Positions 1 to 9,279 are shown, counted from the first letter of the stretch. The stretch: 32,000 nucleotides of DNA from an uncultured archaeon (GCA_964577555.1 CAZNZM010000007.1:1-32000), one strand, 5' to 3'. Numbers and translations are program-made. Notes: generated by a model from the letters alone, not told the origin.

Positions 1-480
1 TTTTTGGCTGGTTGAGTTTTTTAAAATCCATTATTTTTGTGAGCCGATTTTTTTTGTTTTTTTGCGAGTTGTTTTTTTTTGGCAATTTTTTTCATGATTT
101 TTTTTTGAACGTTTTTTTTTAATTTTTTTTGGCGAGCCATTTTTTTTGTCATTGTTTTTTTTGTGAGCCATTTTTTTAGACAATTTTTATTTTTTTTGGT
201 AAAGATTTTTTTTATCAGCTGTTTTTTTTGTCATTTTTTTTGTTGGTTGTTTTTTTTGTTTTTTTTGTGTTTGTTTTGTGAGCCGTTTTTTTAGACAATT
301 TTTGTTTTTATTTTTTTTGGTTTGAAGTTTTGTTTTTTTTGCGAGCCAATTTTGTTTTTTTTTTTGTGGGATGATTTTTTTTGTCATTATTTTTTTTTGT
401 TTTTTTTTGCGAGCCAATTTTGTTTTTTTTGTGAGCCAATTTTTTTGTAATTTTTTTTTAACAATTAAATTCACAAAATG
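1..480. repeat. Very T-rich (+ strand) low-complexity region with recurring GYGAGCCR motif
   Basis: Long T runs broken by near-identical motifs: GTGAGCCG at 39, GCGAGCCA at 132, GTGAGCCA at 163, GTGAGCCG at 278, GCGAGCCA at 341 and 409, GTGAGCCA at 431. The stretch starting at 163 (gtgagccatttttttagacaattttt) recurs at 278, 115 bp away. Confidence 0.8.
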
Positions 481-1288
481 GACTTTGCCTTCCTGCAATG
501 GTGCCGTTTGGGCAAATTTTTGCTTCCAAAGTGCAACCTTCATTTTCCATTTTTTTCCAACCAAGAGTCTTAAGTTTTGCCGAGTGCCTTGCATCAACAA
601 GTATTGCTATTTCATCTCCTCTTGGACAAGAACACCCCATGCATACGACATCAGTAAATCTGCGCCATGCATAATCTTCCACTTTAATGCCTTGGCTTTC
701 CATATATTTAATTATCATGTATTTTTCATCTTTCATTTTTTGCTGGTTTTCGGATGCAAACCATTTTTCCCAATTGTTTTCCCCGCATTGCGCCGGTTTT
801 ATATAAAACCACTCCAAATTTTGCGTTTGGTTTTCTTCGCCATTTTCTGATTGCTTTTTTTCCACTATTATTTCAGCCGATTTTTCTGTTATTGAAACAA
901 GTTTGAAATAATAATCCAAAAATTCAGCGCTTTTTGCCCTGATTTCTCCAAGATAAATTTTTTCTTTCCAAATATTGCCCGAATTGTCCTTTGCTTTTAC
1001 ATTCATTGTTATGCCAAGTTCTCCAGCCCAAATGCATTGTGTTCCTGCAGGACATCGCGAATCATCAATCGATTCTATGTAAATTGTCATGGTTTCACTA
1101 ATGTCAGAATAAATTTGTCCTGCATATGCTTCAAAAGGTTTGTTGAATTCTAAAAGCAAAGGTATTGTTTGCTTGGCATTGTCGTTTCCTTGTTTAGTTT
1201 CGCCATTTTTGTAGTTTATGTTGTCATTTTTGGCGCATCCTACTAGTATAAAAATTATTAGTAGTAATGCCAATATTTTTTCTTTCAT
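458..1288 (-). CDS. Putative secreted lipoprotein of unknown function
   Basis: ORF of 276 aa with N-terminal signal and lipobox-like MKEKILALLLIIFILVGCAKN; contains DSRCPAGTQCIWAGE. Confidence 0.75.
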   Translation of the reverse strand: MKEKILALLLIIFILVGCAKNDNINYKNGETKQGNDNAKQTIPLLLEFNKPFEAYAGQIYSDISETMTIYIESIDDSRCPAGTQCIWAGELGITMNVKAKDNSGNIWKEKIYLGEIRAKSAEFLDYYFKLVSITEKSAEIIVEKKQSENGEENQTQNLEWFYIKPAQCGENNWEKWFASENQQKMKDEKYMIIKYMESQGIKVEDYAWRRFTDVVCMGCSCPRGDEIAILVDARHSAKLKTLGWKKMENEGCTLEAKICPNGTIAGRQSPFCEFNC

Positions 1289-1342
1289 AAAGCAATATAT
1301 TGTTTAAGAATCTTAAAAAATAATTATGTTTGGCTAAAAGCA

Positions 1343-1350
1343 TTTAAATA
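1343..1350 (+). promoter_or_regulatory. Candidate archaeal TATA box for the VIT1-like gene
   Basis: TTTAAATA located 21-28 nt upstream of ATG 1371, consistent with a leaderless or near-leaderless transcript. Confidence 0.4.
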
Positions 1351-1370
1351 GTCTTGATTTATTTATTTCC

Positions 1371-2147
1371 ATGAAAAAAACAGTTGGAACAAAAAAAGTT
1401 TTTAAAAAATCCTATGCTGAACAGCTTAAAGGACATAAAAAAGCAGAAAAACAACATTCTAAAGTGACTGGCGAATATGTTGGTGAAATTGTTTATGGTG
1501 CTCTTGACGGCATTGTCACTACATTTGCTATTGTTGCCGGCTCTGCCGGGGCAAGCCTTTCTCCAGGCATAATAATTGTTTTGGGTTTTGCAAATCTTGT
1601 TGCTGACGGCCTTTCAATGTCCGTTGGAAGATACCTTTCGTTGAAGTCAGAACAATCGTATTATGAAGCCCAAAAAAAAGAGGAAGAAAATGAAATTGAA
1701 GAATTTCCAGATGTTGAAAAAGACGAAATAAGACAAATTTATAAGACACAGGGTTTTTCCGGCAAAAAACTTGAAACACTTGTTTCTCTCATAACTTCTC
1801 AAAAAACCGCTTGGGTGAATACTATGATGTTTGGCGAACTTGGACTTGTGTTGAATAAAAAAGACGCTGTCAAAGCTGGGTTGTTGACCTATGCTGCTTT
1901 TGTGATTGCAGGATTTGTGCCCCTGCTTTCCTTTGTATTATCTTATTTTTTTCCAATAAACGAAAAAATTCTTTTTCCAACAGCATTTTTGCTTACATTT
2001 GCCACCATGTTTATTGTGGGTTCTCTTCGCTCTCTTGTAATAGCAAAAAATTGGTTTTTGGCAGGGCTTGAAATGCTTTTAATAGGCGGACTTACAGCAA
2101 TAGCTTCATATTTGGTTGGCTTGTTTTTGGGTTCAATAATTTTATGA
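1371..2147 (+). CDS. VIT1/CCC1-family transporter (iron/manganese)
   Basis: 258 aa; GALDGIVTTFAIVAGSAGASLSPGIIIVLGFANLVADGLSMSVGRYLSLKSE is typical of the VIT1/CCC1 family, followed by C-terminal hydrophobic segments. Confidence 0.9.
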   Translation: MKKTVGTKKVFKKSYAEQLKGHKKAEKQHSKVTGEYVGEIVYGALDGIVTTFAIVAGSAGASLSPGIIIVLGFANLVADGLSMSVGRYLSLKSEQSYYEAQKKEEENEIEEFPDVEKDEIRQIYKTQGFSGKKLETLVSLITSQKTAWVNTMMFGELGLVLNKKDAVKAGLLTYAAFVIAGFVPLLSFVLSYFFPINEKILFPTAFLLTFATMFIVGSLRSLVIAKNWFLAGLEMLLIGGLTAIASYLVGLFLGSIIL

Positions 2148-2164
2148 AAACGCTAAAATCCGTT

Positions 2165-2914
2165 TTATTGTTTTTTTGGCAACACCCATTCGATTATTTC
2201 TTTTTCAATATTTGTAGGCCCAAACATTTTAGTCCCATGCCCAGCGTTTTTCAAACCCCTGAATTTCGCATTTGGCATGAGTTGTACTAATGCTTTTGAA
2301 GAACCAAAAGAATATGCGTCTTCCTCGCTTGCAATTACAAGAGCCTTTGCCGTTACATTTGGAGCATTTTTTTCAATATCAATCCCCTTATAGTTCATTC
2401 CAGGGGAAAGAAGCACTATTTTTTCAATTGAATCGTCACGCGACGCATAATTAACAACAGTGTTTGCTCCAATGCTTGCACCAATCAGTACTTTCAAATC
2501 GTAGCCGTTTTTTTCTAAATGCTCTTTTGCAGCTTTGACATCCAATTCCATTGACCTGAAATCACTTTCCGAAAAAGAATTATAATTTAATTTAACCCCG
2601 TTTTTATCAAGGCTTTCACCATGCCCTCTTAAATCAATTGCAAGAGCAGTATAATTTGCATCTTGAAATTTTTTTGCAAGAGAATCATAAGTTGACTTGT
2701 CCAAAGAAAACTGGTGAAGCATTAGAACTGCATTTTTTTCACTTTCATACAAATTGCCTTTTATTGTAAAACCATCCTCTGTCTTGAATTCGATTTTCTG
2801 CATTCTTTTAATTCCCATGTTATCACCCTCTGCATCTGCGTTGTTATCATAAACTTTGCCGCATCCTGAAAGAAGAATTAAACCGCATAATATGATTATA
2901 ATTGCGTTCTTCAT
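2165..2914 (-). CDS. Alpha/beta hydrolase family lipoprotein
   Basis: 249 aa; lipobox-like LILLSGCGK, DLRGHGES, nucleophile-elbow-like GASIGA, C-terminal NAGHGTKMF. Start overlaps the end of the upstream ThyX-like ORF by 4 nt. Confidence 0.85.
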   Translation of the reverse strand: MKNAIIIILCGLILLSGCGKVYDNNADAEGDNMGIKRMQKIEFKTEDGFTIKGNLYESEKNAVLMLHQFSLDKSTYDSLAKKFQDANYTALAIDLRGHGESLDKNGVKLNYNSFSESDFRSMELDVKAAKEHLEKNGYDLKVLIGASIGANTVVNYASRDDSIEKIVLLSPGMNYKGIDIEKNAPNVTAKALVIASEEDAYSFGSSKALVQLMPNAKFRGLKNAGHGTKMFGPTNIEKEIIEWVLPKKQ

Positions 2915-4536
2915 TTTTTTGCCCCGTACTTTTTTGCCAATTCTTCTAACTTTTTGTCTATTCTTTTTTCTGATTCCAGCCTTTCAAGGCCAGCTTCTCT
3001 ATAATCAACAAATTTCATGTGCTCAACAAGTTCGGGATGAACCTTTCTTACTTCACCCAGCATTTTAAGAACTACTCTGCGATAATCAGGATGCCCGTGT
3101 ATTGTTGACCTCAATTCAACCAAATGATAAAGCTCCCTTAGATTAAGCATGCATGAAAATCTTATTTTATATGCAAAAGGCACTACATATTGTGCTTCAA
3201 ACCTCAAATCTTTTCTTATTTTATAAAAAGTTTCTGCCGCCATGTGCATTTTTTCCACAAATTCTTTGTCAGCTCCTATTTCCTTCAATTCAATTGGAAT
3301 GTCAAAGCCATGCACTACGCTAAGCCCTTGCCTTTGCTGGGTCATTACTCTGTGCCTATGGAGATCCCTGAAAGAAGCAAAATTCATAATCACGTCAAAT
3401 TCATAATACGTATGTTCAAATCCTCTTCCCGGCTTGTGCCTCCTGTTCTGCCTCCTGCCCAAATACTCTTTTATTATTTGCTTTTTCTTTTCCGCTTCCA
3501 TCAAAGAAACCGCTTTTTTTAGTTCTATCAATGGCATTTCGGAATAAGGATAAAGCGAGGCCGCTAAAACATCATCAACTGCGTTATTGTCGTACTTGAC
3601 CAGCGTAACTTCTTTTGATTCCGGAAAAGGCATGCCGCCTAATTCCAAATCATATAAATTTTGCATTCCTTTACGGGTCTCTGAAATAAATTTTGTTGTA
3701 GCATCCCCAAATTCCCCTTTGGCTCGTTTTACAAATGATGGAATAACCTTCATTAGTTCTTCATGCATTTCTTTGGCTATTTCGTTTATTTCTGCGAATT
3801 GTGAAGAATAAAGTTTAACCAACAAGTATTCAAATGCCCTGCCATTGCCATAAAGCCCTACATTGGTAAGTGTCGAAGCAGGAAGAAAACCTCTAAGTAT
3901 GTCGCATGCTTTTGCTTTAATGCTTGAATTATAAGCTCTCTCGCTTTCGTCTCCTTTCGGAAATTTTTCCATCAAATTTTTTTTTAAAGGCTCAATCCAC
4001 TTTGCATAAGAATCAAACAAAGAATCACAAGTTTCAACATACAGATCAGCATGCTTTGACTCCATTATTTTGGGTTCCAAACAATACAAGTATTTACCAT
4101 CCACTTTTTTATCAAAATAAACATAACGAGTGCTCTTTTCAAGAGGCGAAATTCCCAACCTTGAATCTTCTATGAACTTTGCAGCAATATTGCTGATGTT
4201 TTCACAGGCAACGTGTGCACCGCCAAGTTCTGCAACAGAATCGTCTCCATAACCTACCAAAACCCTGTCATAAAATTCTTCAGCTTTTTGAGTTGCAATA
4301 GCTTGCCTTTGCCCCATTTCCTCGCTAACTGAAACCAACTCGTTGAACAAGGAATCCTTGTCATTAATAAACTCGTCAAGCAAAAGCCTTCTAAGGGATT
4401 TTTCGCTTCTGCTATAACGCGAAAATAAAGCCCCTTTTACAACTTCAGGAAGATTCTTCAAGACAAATATGTCTTTGTCAAGATTGGAAAAAAATTTTGC
4501 AAGAGCTTTTTCTTCATTTTCGCTAAAGCGCTCCAT
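2911..4536 (-). CDS. Tandem-domain ThyX (FAD-dependent thymidylate synthase) family protein
   Basis: 541 aa with two ThyX-like halves. N-half: SVAE...ISPLEKSTRYVYFD...LTNVGLYGNGRAFEYLLVKL. C-half: DLHRHRVMTQQRQG...VPFAYKIRFSCMLNLRELYHLVELRS. Confidence 0.8.
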   Translation of the reverse strand: MERFSENEEKALAKFFSNLDKDIFVLKNLPEVVKGALFSRYSRSEKSLRRLLLDEFINDKDSLFNELVSVSEEMGQRQAIATQKAEEFYDRVLVGYGDDSVAELGGAHVACENISNIAAKFIEDSRLGISPLEKSTRYVYFDKKVDGKYLYCLEPKIMESKHADLYVETCDSLFDSYAKWIEPLKKNLMEKFPKGDESERAYNSSIKAKACDILRGFLPASTLTNVGLYGNGRAFEYLLVKLYSSQFAEINEIAKEMHEELMKVIPSFVKRAKGEFGDATTKFISETRKGMQNLYDLELGGMPFPESKEVTLVKYDNNAVDDVLAASLYPYSEMPLIELKKAVSLMEAEKKKQIIKEYLGRRQNRRHKPGRGFEHTYYEFDVIMNFASFRDLHRHRVMTQQRQGLSVVHGFDIPIELKEIGADKEFVEKMHMAAETFYKIRKDLRFEAQYVVPFAYKIRFSCMLNLRELYHLVELRSTIHGHPDYRRVVLKMLGEVRKVHPELVEHMKFVDYREAGLERLESEKRIDKKLEELAKKYGAKK

Positions 4537-4720
4537 TTGTTCACCATTAAAAATTTAACCTGGCAAATTTAAAAATAATTGCAATTGCATTATTGTTGAT
4601 TTTTTTTGCATTATTTTTGTTATAATACTAATTTGAAGCCAAAATTTGCAAAATTATTCCAAATATATTTTTAAACTAAAAGTAAATTTTCTTGAAAAAA
4701 AATTATATTTAATGCATTTG

Positions 4721-7700
4721 TTATTTGTTTTTTCTCAAAACAAACAATACGCCTATTGCTATTGCCAAAATCAATAATGGATTTATTTCAGGAGCTTCAA
4801 CGCTTTTTACTTCATAAATTAATACATTAACCGAATCAATATTGTCGGTTTTTGGTTTTTCTTCATTTGTTACATCTTTGTTTGCATGGTCAAAAACATT
4901 TGTAATCCTTGCGGTAATTATCCAAATTCCTTTGGGCAAGTTGTTTATTTTCCAAGGGATTCTTTGATGCAAGCTTTCAGGAATCCTTTCGCTAAGATTA
5001 AATACGATTTCTTCGCTATTTTTTATTTCTTCAGTATAATTGTCGCTGATTCTTGTTGCTGTCACTTTGTAAAATATTTTTCCTATTTTTCCATTTTTTC
5101 TTATTCCATGCACATCAATCATTATAGTGTCAACATTGTCAATCTTGTAATATTTTTGATCGGTGCTTATGTTAATTGCCACCGAATAAGGTCCAACATC
5201 AATGTTTTGGAAACCAATTGTTTTAGTGCATTCTGCAAATTTAGTGCCGTTCAAATAAAGACTGAGTTTTGCTTCATAATTATCTTTTGCATATCCATAA
5301 GTGTGTTGAGCTATGAAATTTGTTGGCAAATTAAGATAATTTTCGGTTGGTGACCCATCCCCGAAGTCAAGTATTGCGGTTCCATTCAATAATTGTTCTC
5401 TTGTAAGGTTAGAGTAATTTACGTTTCTTAATTCTATTTCTCTTGATGGACTGTTCGGGTCGGTAAAAACCAATTCTTGAATTTCGCAATTAGGCGTTGC
5501 ACCAACATTATCATTGTCTTTAATTCTTACTATTGCACTGTTTTTGGAGGCATCTGTTTCATAATTACTATTATTGACAACAGATAGTATAATAGTTTCA
5601 ATGTTTTCATTTTCAATGTCATGCAAAGGAATTACATCCAAGTATGCTTCATTGGAATTTGCAGGAATTATAATATTGTTTCCCAATTCAGCATAATCAA
5701 TTCTGTTTGTTGCAGTGCCGCTTATTGACAAATTGACAACCAATTCTTTTGTATTGTCATCGGTTTCCCGCCATATTTTGAATCTTCCAGCGTCATTAAC
5801 TATTCTATTGTCATTGTCAGGTTCTTCTGCTTCATCATCCAAAGCCTCTATTCTTACAACCGTTTTTTTTGCAAGAGGTTCTTTGATTACTGTTACTTCA
5901 GTTTTTTTGCAATTAATTAATTGGGAATCGTTTTTAATGGTTGCACTCACTTCAAATTTTCCGCTGTCCGTGAATTCGCAGTTTGCAGTGCATTTTCCTT
6001 CAAAAGGCGGGACATTGTTTGTTGAAGTGCAACTCAATGTTGATTCTTTTCCATTGCAATGCATTTTTGAATCGTTGTTCAAACCAGGGTTTTCCTTGAA
6101 GCCAGAGTAAACCACTTCAAAAGTTTTTATTCCTGTCTTGATTTCGCTCGTTCCTCTTATTGAACATTGAGGACTGCTTATTATTGTAGCTTTTGCATAA
6201 TCCGATGCCTTGACATTGTCCGAATCCGTTACAGTCAATTTTACAATTGTTTCTCCAAGAGAATTGCAATTCAAAACAGCATTTTTTTGGTCTTTGTCAT
6301 TTTTTATATTGCAATCTGCTCCGTTTTCAATTATTTCCCACTCCCAATTGGTGTAAGGTTCGGTTCCGCCTGTTGCCGAACCATTGAAAAATACGGGTTT
6401 TCTGAAATATTCCACAATGTCAGGTCCGGCATCAACAGACAAAGGTTCAACCAAATTTATTTTATGTTCAGCCCAATCTGATTTCAATCCTGTTTCGTCA
6501 ATTGCTATTGCATAAATGGTTTTTTCGCCTTTTGTTCCCCACCTCTTTGGAAAGTTTACTTCAGTATTGCTTGGCACGTACTCTTCAGGCAACCATTGAT
6601 CAGCAATCTTGTCTTCATCAAAATCAACGCCAAACCTTATTTTCTTTTCTTGCGGATGGGTTCCAACAACTGAAAAACCGTATTCGGTACCAACATGGCC
6701 TTTTATTGGTCCTTTGATTATAGGCTTGTTTGGAGGCAGATTTTCAACAAGCTGGTTTGCATTCAAATTGAATTCTATTCTTTGTTCCGGAACTTCAAGA
6801 ATAAACGGGTCATTTATTGCCCGGTTTTTATAATTTAACATTATGTTATTCAAATTCCTAAAATTTTCATAATCTGGTTCGCTAAAACCTGTTACAAGAG
6901 AAATTAATTGCAAAAAATAACTATTGTATGCCAATTCAGAGTCTCTTTTTTTAAAAACATATAATGGAATGTTGTTTCCATAACAATCTGTTGGAGCATA
7001 CTTATGTTCTCTTGGCCTAATAAGTTCTATATTTCGCTCTGTATAATAAAATCTATAATATAATTTGCCATGCGTGTCCGAAAAAATAAAAACAGGCTTT
7101 ATTGTCCCGCCACTTGTTACCTTGCATTCGTATTCATCTTCGCTTATTTTTTTACAATCCAAATTTGCCGTTCCATTCTGTTCAATTCTTACATTTGGCG
7201 GATTTATTGACAATGCTATGTAAATCTTTCTTAAAGCTGTCACATTATCGGCAACAGCATACTGGTTTTTTCCAATATAATATTCCTCGTCACATGTAAT
7301 ATTACCATTTTCCGGAGGATCGGCATTTTTTATCCAAACACCATAAGGACTATCAAACGAATAACCTATTCCGGACCATTCAATATCAGTGTCTTCCCTT
7401 GGCAAAAACTTGAACAACAAGGTTGAGCCTATTGGCACAGCCTCGTTGTTTTGCAAAATTTTTCCAGTATCTTTGTTAATAACTTGTGCTCCGTATGAAA
7501 CTCCAAACCTTGCATTTTTTAATCCAACTTCCAAAAGCCCGCCCCATTTATATCCTGATCTTGAAATTAACAATGCTGTTGTAGGCAATGAATCGTCCCA
7601 ATAATAAAAAGGCTTGGTTTCAGTTTTTTCCCATTTTATTGTTCCAAGTCCTGTTTTTGCTGCTTGAGCGTTTTCAGGCATTACCACTAAAATTATTGAA

Positions 7701-9073
7701 ACCAACACGAAAAACAAAAGCACGTTTACAACTTCGCCTTTGAATTTTTTAAAAACCAAAAAAACCAATCCGATAATTGACACAATAGCCAATACAGCAA
7801 ACAAAATTATTTTAGTATAATCCTTTTCCGTCACCACTTTTCCCAAAGGCTCTTTTTTCTTAGGCAAAACACATTTTTCTGGATTTATTTCACTGCAATC
7901 ATAATTCAGGTTTGCAGTGTCAACTAGCTTTTCGTTAACATAAAGATTCGCAAGAATCTTTGCAACAGAAATCCTTTTTTCTTGCACAATTTCAGATTTA
8001 AAACCCATTATGTCCCCGGTGATTTTGCCAGAATATGACAACTCTCCAATTTTTTTGCCATCGTAATCATATACCAACATTTCAAACCTTCCGTTTTCAA
8101 TGAACTCATCAGAACCGGTGCTGTGAATGCATGCAAAAACACCGCCTTGTTTGTTGGCATCTATTGGAAATTTGTCAAACGAAACAAAGTTTATTCTTGC
8201 ATTTTTAAGTTCTTCCCTTACAAAACGTATTTCCAAAATAGAGTACGTGTCAAGGTATTGGGCTTCCAAAGACAAAACATTAACAGGATTTGACTTGTCA
8301 TTTATTAAATGCACCAACTTAAGTTTTGACAAAGGAGCCAACCTTATTTTTTCAATTTTTTCATAAATTAAATTGTCTTTGCTTGTTGAATCCCAAGAAT
8401 ACAACTTCCATTTTACAATAACTTCCGCATTCTTATCTGTTTCATTAACCAAAAAAGACTCCACTTTAATGTCTTCATTTTTACCAAACTTTGGAGGGAA
8501 CTTAATGAATTTATGATTTTCACCATTTAGTTTAACGCTGTTCTTGTCAAGATAAACCCCAGTGTTGTCCGATTTCACAGCAAACCTGAATTTGTTTCCA
8601 ATGACATCGTCAGTAAAAGGCAAGCCAAGCAAATTGAACTTTTTTGAAACCATGAAAAAAACAGCTATTTCGTAATCCCCTGGCAAAGCATTTGTCGGGA
8701 CTTTCCAATAAAAATTCAATTTTTTAGTGGCGTTGGCATCAACCTGGACTTTTTCAACGGCAAAAAACTTGTCAACAAGGTTTCCGCCATGATAATAATT
8801 AAGTTCTTTATCAGAATTCAACCTGAAAACCTTTACAAAAACACTGCCATCAACAACAGGGTAAGGATTTTCATTAATAATCAAACCTGAAATCAATAAG
8901 TTTTGTCCCGGCACAACAGAACTTGTTTCGCCTTGAATTGGCACCTTTACGCTTCCAAATTTGTAATAATCAAAACAATCAACAGCCTCTGTTTTGGCAA
9001 AAGCAAAAGAAAAATCCAAAACAAGAGCCAAAATTAAAGAAATCACTAAAAAAATTTTTATGGATTTTAACAT
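4721..9073 (-). CDS. Large secreted/surface multidomain protein with PKD-like and Calx-beta-like regions
   Basis: 1450 aa; N-terminal signal (MLKSIKIFLVISLILALVLDFSFAFA), internal hydrophobic segments, PKD-like region (VDAGPDIVEYFRKPVFFNGSATGG...WEWEI), Calx-beta-like region (ISGTATNRIDYAE...VRIKDND), C-terminal TM plus basic tail (INPLLILAIAIGVLFVLRKNK). Confidence 0.85.
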   Translation of the reverse strand: MLKSIKIFLVISLILALVLDFSFAFAKTEAVDCFDYYKFGSVKVPIQGETSSVVPGQNLLISGLIINENPYPVVDGSVFVKVFRLNSDKELNYYHGGNLVDKFFAVEKVQVDANATKKLNFYWKVPTNALPGDYEIAVFFMVSKKFNLLGLPFTDDVIGNKFRFAVKSDNTGVYLDKNSVKLNGENHKFIKFPPKFGKNEDIKVESFLVNETDKNAEVIVKWKLYSWDSTSKDNLIYEKIEKIRLAPLSKLKLVHLINDKSNPVNVLSLEAQYLDTYSILEIRFVREELKNARINFVSFDKFPIDANKQGGVFACIHSTGSDEFIENGRFEMLVYDYDGKKIGELSYSGKITGDIMGFKSEIVQEKRISVAKILANLYVNEKLVDTANLNYDCSEINPEKCVLPKKKEPLGKVVTEKDYTKIILFAVLAIVSIIGLVFLVFKKFKGEVVNVLLFFVLVSIILVVMPENAQAAKTGLGTIKWEKTETKPFYYWDDSLPTTALLISRSGYKWGGLLEVGLKNARFGVSYGAQVINKDTGKILQNNEAVPIGSTLLFKFLPREDTDIEWSGIGYSFDSPYGVWIKNADPPENGNITCDEEYYIGKNQYAVADNVTALRKIYIALSINPPNVRIEQNGTANLDCKKISEDEYECKVTSGGTIKPVFIFSDTHGKLYYRFYYTERNIELIRPREHKYAPTDCYGNNIPLYVFKKRDSELAYNSYFLQLISLVTGFSEPDYENFRNLNNIMLNYKNRAINDPFILEVPEQRIEFNLNANQLVENLPPNKPIIKGPIKGHVGTEYGFSVVGTHPQEKKIRFGVDFDEDKIADQWLPEEYVPSNTEVNFPKRWGTKGEKTIYAIAIDETGLKSDWAEHKINLVEPLSVDAGPDIVEYFRKPVFFNGSATGGTEPYTNWEWEIIENGADCNIKNDKDQKNAVLNCNSLGETIVKLTVTDSDNVKASDYAKATIISSPQCSIRGTSEIKTGIKTFEVVYSGFKENPGLNNDSKMHCNGKESTLSCTSTNNVPPFEGKCTANCEFTDSGKFEVSATIKNDSQLINCKKTEVTVIKEPLAKKTVVRIEALDDEAEEPDNDNRIVNDAGRFKIWRETDDNTKELVVNLSISGTATNRIDYAELGNNIIIPANSNEAYLDVIPLHDIENENIETIILSVVNNSNYETDASKNSAIVRIKDNDNVGATPNCEIQELVFTDPNSPSREIELRNVNYSNLTREQLLNGTAILDFGDGSPTENYLNLPTNFIAQHTYGYAKDNYEAKLSLYLNGTKFAECTKTIGFQNIDVGPYSVAINISTDQKYYKIDNVDTIMIDVHGIRKNGKIGKIFYKVTATRISDNYTEEIKNSEEIVFNLSERIPESLHQRIPWKINNLPKGIWIITARITNVFDHANKDVTNEEKPKTDNIDSVNVLIYEVKSVEAPEINPLLILAIAIGVLFVLRKNK

Positions 9074-9235
9074 AACTCCCTATTTAATTCTTTTTTTTCT
9101 TTTTTAATTCTTTCTTTTCTTTGTGCATGGTCAAACAACTATGCCTAAATTACCGCCTAATATGGCAAGTCAAGGACTTCTTTCAAAAACCTTTTTCTTT
9201 AAAATTAAGCCATAAATTTTAATAAATAATTAACG

Positions 9236-9279
9236 ACGTAAAATTCCATTATTTCTTACGTAAAATTCCATTATTTCTT
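9236..9279. repeat. 22-bp perfect tandem duplication
   Basis: ACGTAAAATTCCATTATTTCTT at 9236-9257 is repeated immediately at 9258-9279. Confidence 0.95.

Noticed and set aside
1-480. CRISPR array interpretation of the GYGAGCCR repeats
   Set aside because: Spacing is irregular (93, 31, 115, 63, 68, 22), the motif is only about 8 nt, there are no unique spacers and no cas genes in the window.
1528-1779. Antisense ORF of 83 aa inside the VIT1-like gene (and similar shadow ORFs across thyX-like, surface protein, guaB, cysS, carB, gdhA and transketolase genes)
   Set aside because: These lie fully opposite strongly supported coding genes, have skewed Phe/Leu/Ser composition and lack recognisable motifs; they are typical shadow ORFs of Lys-rich genes.
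2165-2914. Alpha/beta hydrolase/ThyX-like pair as a dedicated new pathway
   Set aside because: A 4-nt overlap only indicates an operon; there is no evidence for functional coupling.
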